DNA of 46,108 bases from an uncultured Bacilli bacterium (GTDB taxonomy: Bacteria > Bacillota_I > Bacilli_A > RF39 > UBA660): assembly GCA_934086255.1 (NCBI GenBank), contig CAKOIB010000001.1:1-46108 (forward strand). Direction: 5' to 3'. Below are positions 33,668-43,717 of the stretch, one piece after another (within the stretch, counting starts at the first letter, position 1; each line of letters begins with the position of its first letter). The notes under the pieces are model-generated. The model searched no databases. It was not told the DNA's origin and saw only the letters and a list, made by a program, of their open reading frames with translations. A program made the translations under genes and the position numbers.

Positions 33668-36475
33668 ATGGATAAAATAATAATAAAAGGAGCAAGAGAA
33701 AACAATTTAAAAAACATAAATCTTGAACTACCTAAAAATAAACTAATAGTAATGACCGGTGTCTCAGGAAGTGGAAAATCTTCCCTTGCTTTTGATACAA
33801 TTTGTGCCGAGGGAGAAAGAAGATATCTAGAAAGTCTGTCATCATACGCAAGACAATTTCTTGGATCAGCAGAAAAACCAGACGTAGACTCAATCGAAGG
33901 ACTATCTCCAACTATATCAATAGATCAAAAAACAACCAATAAAAATCCTCGTTCAACCGTAGGAACAGTAACAGAACTTTATGACTATTTAAGACTTTTA
34001 TTTGCAAGAATTGGTACTCCATACTGTCCAACTCATAACATTCCAATAAAAAATCAAAGCATCGAAGAAATGACTAACAAAGTAATGGAATTAGAAAGTC
34101 AAACTAAAATAATAATTGAAAGTCCAGTAATCGAAGGTAAGAAAGGTACACATAAAGATTTACTCGAAGACCTAAGAAAAGATGGATATGTAAGAGTAAT
34201 TATAGATGATAATCAATATGACCTGTCCGAAGAAATACAACTAGATAAAAATAAAAAACATAATATTAACGTTATAATTGATAGATTAGTTCTAAAAGAA
34301 GAAATAAAATCAAGACTATATGAATCAATAGAAAATGCGTGCAAACTATCTCATGGAAAAGTAGTAATAGATGTTCTAGGAAAAGAAAAACTATTATTTT
34401 CAGAAAACTTTGCCTGTCCTCATTGCGACTTCTCATTAAAAGAACTAGAACCAAGAATATTCAGTTTCAATGCCCCATATGGAGCATGCCCAGAATGTAA
34501 AGGGCTCGGAGTAAAACTTGTAATAGACAAAGACTTAATCATGCCAGATAAAGACAAAAGCATTCTAGAGGGAGGAATTGTAACCCTTGGAGACGATACC
34601 GAAGGACTAAACTTCAAAAAATTAGAAATAGTTTGTAAACACTACAACATTGATCTATCTAAACCTATAAAAAAACTAACAAAAGAAGAATTAGATATCA
34701 TTCTTTATGGAACAGACGAAGTAATACACTTCAATTACAGCAGTAAAAGCGGAAATACATTCAATAACTACGCTACATTCGAAGGAATAATAACCAATTT
34801 AGAAAGAAGATACTTAGAAACTACTAGTACTTGGATAAGAGAATGGTTAGAAAACTACATGATTGAATTACCATGTCCAATTTGTAAAGGATCAAGACTA
34901 AAAAAAGAAATACTATCAGTTTTGATTAACAATAAAAATATATATGAGTTAACACAACTAAGCATAAGAGACCTATACAACTTTCTAGAAAATATAAAAC
35001 TAACAAAAGAACAAGAACAAATATCAAAACTATTAATAAAAGAAATAAAAGATAGATTAACCTTCTTAATAAATGTTGGATTAGACTACTTAACATTAGA
35101 TAGAATGGCAGGCTCACTATCCGGAGGAGAATCACAAAGGATAAGACTAGCAACCCAAATAGGCACAAGACTAACCGGAGTTTTATACGTTCTAGATGAA
35201 CCAAGCATTGGCCTACATCAAAGAGACAATGATAAACTAATAGATGCCATGCTTGAAATGAGAGACTTAGGAAATACCTTAATAGTCGTAGAACACGATA
35301 CTGACACCATGAAAAAAGCTGACTTTCTAGTGGACATCGGGCCAGTCGCCGGTGAAAAAGGAGGATACTTAGTGTCAAGTGGAACACCACAAGAGGTTGC
35401 AAACGACGAAAATAGTTTAACTGGTAGATATTTAAGTGGCAAAGAATGTATTGAGACACCAAAAACAAGAAGGAAAGGAATAAAAAAAGAACTAAAAGTA
35501 ATCGGAGCTAAAGAAAATAACCTAAAAAATATAAGTGTAAACTTTCCACTCGGAGTATTTACCTGTGTAACCGGAGTATCAGGAAGTGGTAAATCAACTC
35601 TAGTAAACGAAATACTATATAAGACAATAGCAAATAATCTTTATCCAACAAAAGAAAAACCAGGCAAAGTAAAAGAAGTAAAAGGACTAGAAAACATAGA
35701 CAAAGTAGTTTATATATCACAATCACCAATAGGAAGAACACCAAGAAGTAACCCAGCAACATACACCGGAGTATTCGATGAAATAAGAGATCTATTTGCA
35801 ACAACCAAAGAAGCAAAAATGTTAGGATACGATAAAAGTAGATTCTCATTCAATGTAAAAGGTGGAAGATGTGAAGCATGCCGCGGTGACGGAGTTAAAA
35901 AAATAGAAATGCACTTTCTACCAGATGTTTATGTACCATGTGAAATATGCCATGGAAAAAGGTATAATACAGAAAGCTTAAAAATAAAATTTAAAGGTAA
36001 AAATATTCATGACGTACTAGAAATGAGAGTATCCGAAGCATTAGAATTCTTCGACAACATTCCAAAACTAAAAAGAAAACTAGAAGTCTTAGAAAGCGTA
36101 GGTTTAGGATACATAAAACTAGGACAACCAGCACCAACTCTATCCGGAGGAGAAGCATCACGTGTTAAACTAGCAAAAGAATTACAAAAAAAGCCAACTG
36201 GTAAAACTCTATTTATTATGGATGAGCCAACAACAGGTCTACACACCCATGATATTAAAAAACTACTTGCCATAATAAACAAAATAGTGGATAATAAAGA
36301 TACAGTAATTGTAATTGAACATAACCTTGATTTAATAAAAACAGCAGATTACATAATTGACCTAGGTCCAGAAGGAGGAAAAGAAGGCGGTACAGTAATA
36401 GCAACAGGAACACCTGAACAAATAGCACAAGTAAAAGAATCCTATACTGGCCAATACCTTAAAAAATACTTATAA
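33668..36475 (+). CDS. uvrA: Excinuclease ABC subunit A
   Basis: IKGARENNLKNI, two GVSGSGKSS/T Walker A motifs, LSGGE signatures and zinc-finger Cys pairs. ATG 33668 follows CAGGAG and a TGTGATATAAT extended -10, so the track start 33584 is an upstream in-frame artefact. Confidence 0.95.
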   Translation: MDKIIIKGARENNLKNINLELPKNKLIVMTGVSGSGKSSLAFDTICAEGERRYLESLSSYARQFLGSAEKPDVDSIEGLSPTISIDQKTTNKNPRSTVGTVTELYDYLRLLFARIGTPYCPTHNIPIKNQSIEEMTNKVMELESQTKIIIESPVIEGKKGTHKDLLEDLRKDGYVRVIIDDNQYDLSEEIQLDKNKKHNINVIIDRLVLKEEIKSRLYESIENACKLSHGKVVIDVLGKEKLLFSENFACPHCDFSLKELEPRIFSFNAPYGACPECKGLGVKLVIDKDLIMPDKDKSILEGGIVTLGDDTEGLNFKKLEIVCKHYNIDLSKPIKKLTKEELDIILYGTDEVIHFNYSSKSGNTFNNYATFEGIITNLERRYLETTSTWIREWLENYMIELPCPICKGSRLKKEILSVLINNKNIYELTQLSIRDLYNFLENIKLTKEQEQISKLLIKEIKDRLTFLINVGLDYLTLDRMAGSLSGGESQRIRLATQIGTRLTGVLYVLDEPSIGLHQRDNDKLIDAMLEMRDLGNTLIVVEHDTDTMKKADFLVDIGPVAGEKGGYLVSSGTPQEVANDENSLTGRYLSGKECIETPKTRRKGIKKELKVIGAKENNLKNISVNFPLGVFTCVTGVSGSGKSTLVNEILYKTIANNLYPTKEKPGKVKEVKGLENIDKVVYISQSPIGRTPRSNPATYTGVFDEIRDLFATTKEAKMLGYDKSRFSFNVKGGRCEACRGDGVKKIEMHFLPDVYVPCEICHGKRYNTESLKIKFKGKNIHDVLEMRVSEALEFFDNIPKLKRKLEVLESVGLGYIKLGQPAPTLSGGEASRVKLAKELQKKPTGKTLFIMDEPTTGLHTHDIKKLLAIINKIVDNKDTVIVIEHNLDLIKTADYIIDLGPEGGKEGGTVIATGTPEQIAQVKESYTGQYLKKYL

Positions 36476-36486
36476 GGGGGAATAAA

Positions 36487-37293
36487 ATGAATCCTATAGC
36501 AATATCACTTGGTCCAATAAAAATATACTGGTACTCCATAATAATACTACTTGCCATAATATTAGCCTCAAAAGTACTATTTAAACAAGCAAAAAAACAA
36601 AATATAAAAGAAGAATTTCTAACTAACTTAATATTCTATGGAGTTCTATGGGGAATACTCGGAGCAAGACTATACTACGTTTTATTCAATCTTAAATACT
36701 ATCTCCAAAATCCAATAGAAATAATAGAAATATATAACGGAGGACTAGCAATCCACGGAGGAATAATCGCCGGAGCAATATTCTTTATATACTACTCAAA
36801 AAAGAATAAAATAAACTTCTTAAAAATATTCGACCTAACAGCACCAGCCTTAATGCTAGGACAAGCAATAGGAAGATGGGGTAACTTCATAAATCAAGAA
36901 GCTCATGGACCAGCAGTTCTAAAACAAACACTAGAAAACCTTCCAATACCAAATTTTGTAATAAAAGGAATGAATATAAATGGTACATATTATCATCCAA
37001 CATTCTATTATGAATCAGTTTGGAACTTTCTAGGATTCATACTCTTAATAATATTAAGAAAAAAACTAAAACTAAAAACAGGACAACTAACAGGAATATA
37101 CTTTGTTTGGTACAGTATTGCAAGATTTTTAATTGAATCATTAAGAACAGATTCATTAATGCTTGGACCAATAAAAATAGCACAAGCTGTATCAATAATC
37201 TTATTCTTACTAGGATTATACTTAATATTTAGAAAAACAAAAGATACAAGAACAAATAGAAACAAAGAAAGGAATGATATAAATGAAAACTGA
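36487..37293 (+). CDS. lgt: Prolipoprotein diacylglyceryl transferase
   Basis: YWYSIIILLAI, GARLYYV, GLAIHGG, GQAIGRWGNFINQEAHG and FLIESLRTDSL. Confidence 0.9.
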   Translation: MNPIAISLGPIKIYWYSIIILLAIILASKVLFKQAKKQNIKEEFLTNLIFYGVLWGILGARLYYVLFNLKYYLQNPIEIIEIYNGGLAIHGGIIAGAIFFIYYSKKNKINFLKIFDLTAPALMLGQAIGRWGNFINQEAHGPAVLKQTLENLPIPNFVIKGMNINGTYYHPTFYYESVWNFLGFILLIILRKKLKLKTGQLTGIYFVWYSIARFLIESLRTDSLMLGPIKIAQAVSIILFLLGLYLIFRKTKDTRTNRNKERNDINEN

Positions 37294-38194
37294 TTATGAT
37301 GTAATAGTAATAGGAATGGGGCCTGCTGGAATAACCGCAGCCATCTATTTAAAAAGAGCAAACCTAAACTGCTTAATAATAGAAAAAAATGCACCCGGAG
37401 GATTATTAAACAAAACATCAACAGTAGAAAACTATCCTGGAATAATCCAAATAACTGGACCAGACCTTGCTTATAAATTCTATGAACAACTAAACGCTCA
37501 ACAAATACCACAAAAATTTGAAGAAGTAAAAGAAGTTATTGATGTTAATGACTATAAAAAAGTTGTAACCAATAAAGGAGAATACAGTGCTAAAAAAGTA
37601 ATAATTGCTATAGGAAGAGAACCTAAAAAACTAAAAAATACAAACGAAGAAAGACTCGAAGGAAAAGGAATAAGCTTCTGTTCATTATGTGATGGTGCCT
37701 TATATAAAAACGAAGAAGTATCAATCATCGGCGGAGGAAACAGTGCTCTAGAAGAAGCTCTATATCTATCAGATATCTGTAAAAAAGTAACAATAATAAA
37801 CAAAAGCAACTCTCTAAAAGGAGATTCTATTCTAATAGATAAAGTAAATGATAAAGAAAACATCGAAGTAATAAATAACAGTGAAGTAAAAGAATTCCAC
37901 GGAGAAAATGAAAAACTAGAATACGTAACACTAAAAACAGATAAAGGGGATAAAGACTTATATGTAAAAGCATGTTTCATATTTATAGGATACGAACCCG
38001 CAACAAAATTCCTAAAAAATCTTGATATTTTAGACGAAAAAGGGTATATTAATGTAGATGAGGCAAGAAGAACCAAAATAAAAGGAATATACGCTGCCGG
38101 AGACATTGTCAAAAAAGAAGCATACCAAATCATAACAGCATCATCAGACGGAGCAATCGCCGCAGTATCTTGTATCAAAGACTTAATGAATTAG
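37283..38194 (+). CDS. trxB: Thioredoxin-reductase-like flavoprotein (low-Mr TrxR fold, CSLC redox motif, non-canonical pyridine-nucleotide site)
   Basis: DVIVIGMGPAGITAAIY (FAD GxGxxG), FCSLCDGALY (CxxC), IIGGGNSALEEALYL and GIYAAGD. The HRRxxxR position reads NKSNSLK. Confidence 0.8.
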   Translation: MKTDYDVIVIGMGPAGITAAIYLKRANLNCLIIEKNAPGGLLNKTSTVENYPGIIQITGPDLAYKFYEQLNAQQIPQKFEEVKEVIDVNDYKKVVTNKGEYSAKKVIIAIGREPKKLKNTNEERLEGKGISFCSLCDGALYKNEEVSIIGGGNSALEEALYLSDICKKVTIINKSNSLKGDSILIDKVNDKENIEVINNSEVKEFHGENEKLEYVTLKTDKGDKDLYVKACFIFIGYEPATKFLKNLDILDEKGYINVDEARRTKIKGIYAAGDIVKKEAYQIITASSDGAIAAVSCIKDLMN

Positions 38195-38204
38195 AGGTGA
38201 TAAA

Positions 38205-38309
38205 TTGAAACTAAACAATCATGGTTGGGGAATGATGGTATTCCTATTACTAGTATTTGTGCTATTAATGGTTCTATTTATCGCAGTAAGTGGAATAAGT
38301 GCATTATAA
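38205..38309 (+). CDS. Possible 34-aa single-TM micro-protein (MKLNNHGWGMMVFLLLVFVLLMVLFIAVSGISAL)
   Basis: TTG 38205 lies 6-7 nt after AGAGGTGA and 10 nt after the trxB stop. Hydrophobic core of about 22 aa. Below the track's length cutoff. Confidence 0.35.
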   Translation: MKLNNHGWGMMVFLLLVFVLLMVLFIAVSGISAL

Positions 38310-38333
38310 ACTATTTAAAAACACAAAAAAATA

Positions 38334-38572
38334 TGCTATAATATAAACATATTTCATAAATCAATGACGAAGAGGAGTAAATTACTAAGTATTAAAGAGA
38401 GGTAGTGTAAGCTGAAAACTACTATACAAAGTAATCGAAGGTAGCTTCTGAGTAATTATTTGAAATTAGTAGAATAATTCGTACTTATGCGTTAAATAAG
38501 AATAAGGTAATATTATATTACAAAATAAGGTGGTACCACGAACATTTCGTCCTTTGGATGAGATGTTTTTTA
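38334..38572 (+). promoter_or_regulatory. Extended -10 promoter (TGcTATAAT 38334-38342) plus T-box riboswitch leader (valine) with terminator
   Basis: AGTA (38376-38379), AGAGA (38396-38400) and T-box core GGTGGTACCACG (38529-38540). Terminator aacatttcgtcc (38541-38552) / ggatgagatgtt (38556-38567) plus T-run. Candidate specifier is GUA at 38441-38443, within GAAGGUAGC. Confidence 0.8.
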
Positions 38573-38594
38573 ATTAAAAAAGGAAGTGTTTAAA

Positions 38595-41129
38595 ATGTTA
38601 GACAAAAAATACAATCATAAACAAGTAGAAGAATCAAAATATGAAACATGGTTAAAAAATGACTACTTTAAAAGCGGAGACTTAACTAAAGAACCATTCT
38701 GTATTGTAATACCTCCACCAAATGTAACAGGAAAATTACACCTTGGACATGCTTGGGATACGACAATACAAGACATTCTAATAAGATATAAAAGAATGCA
38801 AGGATATGACGCTTTATGGCTACCAGGAATGGATCATGCTGGAATAGCAACTCAAGCCAAAGTAGATAAAAAACTAAAAGAACAAGGAATAAATCCAAGA
38901 GAAATGGATAGGGAAGAATGGCTAAAAATTGCATGGGAATGGAAAAAAGAATACGCAGAAAACATTCATGCGCAATGGGCAAAACTAGGACTATCCCTAG
39001 ATTATTCTAAAGAAAGATTTACTCTTGATGAAGGACTATCAAATGCCGTTAAAAAAGTATTCGTAGATTTATATAACAAAGGATTAATCTATCGAGGAGA
39101 AAGAATAATAAACTGGGATCCTGAAGCATTAACAGCACTATCAAATGAAGAAGTAATCTATAAAGAAACAAAAGGAGCCTTCTACCATATAAAATACTAC
39201 ATCGAAGACGAAGATAACTATCTAGAAATAGCAACAACAAGACCAGAAACACTATTCGGAGACACCGCCGTAGCGGTAAACCCAAAAGATGAAAGATATA
39301 AAAAGTACATTGGTAAAAATGTAATATTACCAATTGTAAATAAAAAAATCCCCGTAGTAGCGGACCAACATGCTGACCCAGAATTCGGAACAGGAGTCGT
39401 AAAAATAACTCCAGCTCATGACCCTAACGACTTCGCAGTTGGAGAACGTCATAATCTAGAAAGAATCGTAGTCATAAATCCAAATGGAACAATGAACAAA
39501 AATGCCCTACAATATGAAGGACTAGATAGATTCGAATGCAGAAAGCAATTAGCAAAAGACTTAAAAGAACAAAATCTTTTAATCTCAGTCGAAGAAATAA
39601 CTCATAATGTAGGATACTCAGAAAGAACAGACGTAATGGTTGAACCTTACCTATCAAAGCAATGGTTTGTAAAAATGAGACCACTCGCAGATAGAGTATT
39701 AGAAAACCAACAAAATAAACAAACAAAAGTAAACTTCGTACCAGAAAGATACGAAAAAATAATGAATCACTGGATGGAAATAACTTACGATTGGTGCATA
39801 TCAAGACAACTATGGTGGGGTCATAAAATACCAGCATGGTACAAAGACGATGAAATATATGTTGGAATAAATCCACCACAAGAATCAGGTTGGACTCAAG
39901 ATGAAGACGTACTAGATACATGGTTTTCAAGCGCTCTATGGCCTTTTTCAACACTAGGATGGCCAGAAGACACAAAAGATCTAAATAGATACTATCCAAA
40001 CAATGTCCTAGTAACAGGATATGACATCATTCCATTCTGGGTAAATAGAATGACATTCCAAGGACTAGAATTCACAGGAAAAAGACCATTCAAAGACTGT
40101 CTAATTCACGGTCTAATAAGAGACAAACAAGGAAGAAAAATGTCCAAATCATTAGGAAACGGTGTAGATCCAATGGACGTTATAGAAAAATATGGAGCAG
40201 ATTCCTTAAGATACTTCCTAACAACAAACTCATCACCAGGAATGGATTTAAGATACGATGAAGAAAAAGTAGCATCGACATGGAACTTCATAAACAAACT
40301 ATGGAATGCATCAAGATTTGTTCTAATGAACATTGAAAACTTCAAAAAAGAAGACTATACATTAGAAAACTTAACAGAAATAGATAAATGGATATTGACA
40401 AAAACTAATAAAACAATAAAAGGAAAAACAGAAAATATGGATAAATATGAGTTCAATAACGTAGGTAACACTCTATATAAATACATATGGGAAGACTTCT
40501 GTGACAACTATATAGAACTATCTAAAAACAACTTAGAAAAAAACACAACAAAAACAGTCCTACTCGAAGTCCTAACAAACATAATCAAAATGCTACATCC
40601 ATTTATGCCATACGTAACCGAAGAAATCTATCAAATGCTACCAGTAAAAGATCAAGAAAGCATTGTAATAAGCAAATATCCTACATACAATAAAGAACAA
40701 ATATATGAAACCGAAGAAAAATTAATAGACAAGCTAATCGAAGATATAACAAGCATAAGAAATCTAAAAGTAGTAAACGAAATTACAAAAGATGCTAAAA
40801 TCAAAATAAATAGTAACTATGAAGAACTATATAAATTTGCACTAAAAATAAAAGACGATCAAATAACAAAAGAACAACCAACAGATACAAAAGAATACAA
40901 CTATAAAAGTGCAAACATCGAAATAACTTTCTATCAAAAAGGAAAAGAAATTAACAAAGAATTGTTAATATCAGAAATAGAAAAACTAAAACAATCAATA
41001 GAAAAAAGAACAAAGTTACTATCAAATGAAAATTATGTAAACAAAGCACCACAAAACGTTGTAGAACTAGATAGACAAAAACTAAAAGAAGAACAAGAAA
41101 AACTACTAAGTTTAGAAAAACAATTATAA
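38595..41129 (+). CDS. valS: Valyl-tRNA synthetase
   Basis: [15 protein letters not shown] (HIGH), [19 protein letters not shown] and a C-terminal coiled coil. ATG 38595 is preferred over GTG 38586. Confidence 0.95.
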   Translation: MLDKKYNHKQVEESKYETWLKNDYFKSGDLTKEPFCIVIPPPNVTGKLHLGHAWDTTIQDILIRYKRMQGYDALWLPGMDHAGIATQAKVDKKLKEQGINPREMDREEWLKIAWEWKKEYAENIHAQWAKLGLSLDYSKERFTLDEGLSNAVKKVFVDLYNKGLIYRGERIINWDPEALTALSNEEVIYKETKGAFYHIKYYIEDEDNYLEIATTRPETLFGDTAVAVNPKDERYKKYIGKNVILPIVNKKIPVVADQHADPEFGTGVVKITPAHDPNDFAVGERHNLERIVVINPNGTMNKNALQYEGLDRFECRKQLAKDLKEQNLLISVEEITHNVGYSERTDVMVEPYLSKQWFVKMRPLADRVLENQQNKQTKVNFVPERYEKIMNHWMEITYDWCISRQLWWGHKIPAWYKDDEIYVGINPPQESGWTQDEDVLDTWFSSALWPFSTLGWPEDTKDLNRYYPNNVLVTGYDIIPFWVNRMTFQGLEFTGKRPFKDCLIHGLIRDKQGRKMSKSLGNGVDPMDVIEKYGADSLRYFLTTNSSPGMDLRYDEEKVASTWNFINKLWNASRFVLMNIENFKKEDYTLENLTEIDKWILTKTNKTIKGKTENMDKYEFNNVGNTLYKYIWEDFCDNYIELSKNNLEKNTTKTVLLEVLTNIIKMLHPFMPYVTEEIYQMLPVKDQESIVISKYPTYNKEQIYETEEKLIDKLIEDITSIRNLKVVNEITKDAKIKINSNYEELYKFALKIKDDQITKEQPTDTKEYNYKSANIEITFYQKGKEINKELLISEIEKLKQSIEKRTKLLSNENYVNKAPQNVVELDRQKLKEEQEKLLSLEKQL

Positions 41130-41149
41130 GAAGCAATTGCTTCTTTTTT
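41129..41149 (+). terminator. Rho-independent terminator after valS
   Basis: Palindrome agaagcaa/ttgcttct, then tttttt. Confidence 0.7.
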
Positions 41150-41199
41150 AATACTTTAATAAATAATAAAACAAAGAATATACTAGTAATGGTGATAAC

Positions 41200-41733
41200 A
41201 TGAATCTTAAAAAAATCAAAATAATTGGAACACTAACCATCTTTACACTAGCATTCCTTTATCATTTCCTATATGAATGGTTTCCTAATCCAATATTTAG
41301 CATTCTATTTCCTGTAAATGAAAGCATCTGGGAACATATGAAACTTTTATACACCGGAATACTTTCTTGGGGATTAATAGAAATAATACTTTTAAAGAAA
41401 AACAAAATAAACTATAACAATTATCCTTACCAACTATTCTTAACAGCATTTACTAGTATAATAATCTACCTGATTTTATATCTACCAATTTACAATCTAA
41501 TCGGAGAAAAACTAATAATAAGTATATCTTTATTATTTATAGTCATTCTACTAGAACAAATACTAAGTTACTATTTATTAAAACAAAAAAAAGAAACAGA
41601 TATCCTAGACAAAATATCAATAATTCTAATAATTCTCTTCTATATGATACTACTAAATCTAACATATGATCCTCCAAAAAATTATATATTCTATGATACC
41701 GTAGAAAATAAATATGGAATAAACATTAAATAA
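41200..41733 (+). CDS. Polytopic membrane protein (177 aa), conserved-hypothetical type
   Basis: SD GGTGA. About five TM segments. The FPVNESIWEHMKLLY motif recalls an uncharacterised Firmicute membrane family. Confidence 0.55.
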   Translation: MNLKKIKIIGTLTIFTLAFLYHFLYEWFPNPIFSILFPVNESIWEHMKLLYTGILSWGLIEIILLKKNKINYNNYPYQLFLTAFTSIIIYLILYLPIYNLIGEKLIISISLLFIVILLEQILSYYLLKQKKETDILDKISIILIILFYMILLNLTYDPPKNYIFYDTVENKYGINIK

Positions 41734-41786
41734 CTTGAAGCAAAAATAAAAAAACGATATACTATATATAGTCGTGGAGGTAAAAT

Positions 41787-42563
41787 ATGGAACAATACTA
41801 TGTAATATTAAATAATAAAGAATATGAATTACCCCTTATGGTAATAGGACTAAATCAAGATGTATTAAACAAATACAAACTAATAAAAGATAATAAAAAT
41901 TACTTAGACATAGAAAGAATGGAAAAAGAACAAAAACTAGATGAACTAAGAGAAATAGAATACCAATGCACTATGAACATTCAACAAATAGCAATAGAGT
42001 CTCAAGGACAAATCGCAGAAAAATGGAACAAAATAACACCAAAATTAAACTTTCTAGATGATATGGTTAAAATACACATACAAAAACAAGAACAAGCAAA
42101 AGCATTTGAAAAAATAAAAACAAGTATGCAAATGTCCTTAGAGTTTAAAAATGAAATAAAGAATCAAGAACTACTCGAAGAACCACACTACGTTCAAATC
42201 GAAGGCATTGATTATGAACTACCAATGTCAATTATGGCAACAAATAGCGAAGTATTCAATCAATATACTAAAGAAGAAAACAACAAAGTATATCTAGATA
42301 TAGAAAAAATGATTCAAGAAGATAAAAAAGAACAATTAAAAAGTATTACAAAAGAACTAGGAAAAATGACTATATCATACCTAAATGAAGAAGGAGTAAA
42401 TACTAAAGACATAAGTACTAATTTAAAAAGCATGGAGGCAATGACTAATATATACTTTAACAAACAAGAAAAAGAAAAAGCATACGAAAAAATAAAAGAA
42501 AGTATGAAACTATCACTAGAACTTCAAAAAGAATTACAAGAACATCAAAATATTACAAAATAA
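41787..42563 (+). CDS. Internally duplicated cytoplasmic protein (2 x ~127 aa), unknown function
   Basis: SD GGAGGT. The halves at aa 2-131 and aa 132-258 align throughout (YYVILNNKEYELPLMVIGLNQDVLNKY...YLDIERM / HYVQIEGIDYELPMSIMATNSEVFNQY...YLDIEKM; ...QEQAKAFEKIKTSMQMSLEFKNEI / ...QEKEKAYEKIKESMKLSLELQKEL). Confidence 0.55.
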   Translation: MEQYYVILNNKEYELPLMVIGLNQDVLNKYKLIKDNKNYLDIERMEKEQKLDELREIEYQCTMNIQQIAIESQGQIAEKWNKITPKLNFLDDMVKIHIQKQEQAKAFEKIKTSMQMSLEFKNEIKNQELLEEPHYVQIEGIDYELPMSIMATNSEVFNQYTKEENNKVYLDIEKMIQEDKKEQLKSITKELGKMTISYLNEEGVNTKDISTNLKSMEAMTNIYFNKQEKEKAYEKIKESMKLSLELQKELQEHQNITK

Positions 42564-42570
42564 AGAATCA

Positions 42571-42597
42571 AAAGATGAGTCAACATCATCTTTTTTG
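42571..42597 (+). terminator. Rho-independent terminator
   Basis: aaagatga (42571-42578) / tcatcttt (42586-42593), then tttt. Confidence 0.7.
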
Positions 42598-42672
42598 TTA
42601 ATAACTAATAAAAATTGCATATTATAATAAAGGAAAATAATTGTAAAAACACTTAAAAGTATTAAAAAACAA

Positions 42673-42701
42673 TTGACAAACACAAAATAACATGATATAT
42701 T
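42673..42701 (+). promoter_or_regulatory. SigA promoter of the str operon (TTGACA-17-TATATT with TG extension)
   Basis: TTGACA 42673-42678 and TGaTATATT 42693-42701. A ~90-nt leader containing the hairpin gggtttat..ataaacct follows. Confidence 0.65.
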
Positions 42702-42794
42702 AGCAATGTTTGAATTTGATTGGGTTTATTCTATAAACCTAATAAAAATTAAAGAAAATGATACACCTGGATATGTGTGTAGAAAGGAGAAGTT

Positions 42795-43205
42795 ATGCCA
42801 ACAATTAATCAATTAGTTAGAAAAAACAGAAAAGACAAAACAAGAAAATCAAAATCTCCAGTATTAGGAGTAAGAATGAATACTTTACAAAAGAAAGCTA
42901 CAGAAGTACCATCACCACAAAAACGTGGAGTATGTATTCGTGTAGGAACTAAAACACCAAAGAAACCAAACTCAGCATTAAGAAAATATGCTCGTGTTAG
43001 ATTATCTAATGGTAAAGAAGTAGATGCTTACATACCTGGAGAAGGACACAACTTACAAGAACATAGTGTTGTATTAATTCGTGGTGGACGTGTAAAAGAC
43101 TTAATCGGGGTTAGATACCATATCGTTCGTGGAACAATGGATACTCAAGGAGTTAAAGATCGTAAACAAGCACGTTCTAAATACGGAACTAAAAGAGGAA
43201 AATAA
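42795..43205 (+). CDS. rpsL: 30S ribosomal protein S12
   Basis: [10 protein letters not shown]..., [17 protein letters not shown] and [30 protein letters not shown]. Note Ile where Pro is normally conserved. Confidence 0.95.
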   Translation: MPTINQLVRKNRKDKTRKSKSPVLGVRMNTLQKKATEVPSPQKRGVCIRVGTKTPKKPNSALRKYARVRLSNGKEVDAYIPGEGHNLQEHSVVLIRGGRVKDLIGVRYHIVRGTMDTQGVKDRKQARSKYGTKRGK

Positions 43206-43239
43206 AAAGAATTAACAAAATAGTAAAGGAGGAATAAAA

Positions 43240-43707
43240 ATGCGTAAAAGACGTGCAGTTAAAAGAGACGTTTTACCAGATCCAATATACAAATCAAAAG
43301 TTGTTACTAAATTAATCAACTCTATGATGTTAGATGGTAAAAAAGGAAAAGCACAAACAATCTTATATGATGCATTTGACATGATTAAAGAAAAAACTGG
43401 AAAAGATCCAATGGAAGTATTTAATCAAGCATTAGAAAATATAAAACCAGCTTTAGAAGTTAAATCACGCCGCGTTGGTGGTTCAAACTATCAAGTACCA
43501 ATCGAAGTATCTGAAGAAAGATCACAAACTTTAGGACTAAGATGGTTAACAAATTATGCAAGACTAAGAGGAGGCCACGGAATGGCTGAAAACTTAGCTA
43601 ACGAAATAATTGATGCTTCAAACGGAACAGGAGCTTCAGTTAAGAAACGCGAAGATACTCATAGAATGGCTGAAGCTAATAAGGCATTTGCTCACTATAG
43701 ATGGTAG
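43240..43707 (+). CDS. rpsG: 30S ribosomal protein S7
   Basis: [14 protein letters not shown]..., [11 protein letters not shown] and [20 protein letters not shown]. Confidence 0.95.
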   Translation: MRKRRAVKRDVLPDPIYKSKVVTKLINSMMLDGKKGKAQTILYDAFDMIKEKTGKDPMEVFNQALENIKPALEVKSRRVGGSNYQVPIEVSEERSQTLGLRWLTNYARLRGGHGMAENLANEIIDASNGTGASVKKREDTHRMAEANKAFAHYRW

Positions 43708-43717
43708 GGAGGATACA

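Noticed and set aside
43610-43717. 108-nt N-terminal extension of the fusA ORF overlapping the end of rpsG
   Set aside because: The extension ([10 protein letters not shown]...) has no SD and no EF-G similarity. The canonical [25 protein letters not shown] begins at ATG 43718, directly after GGGAGGA.
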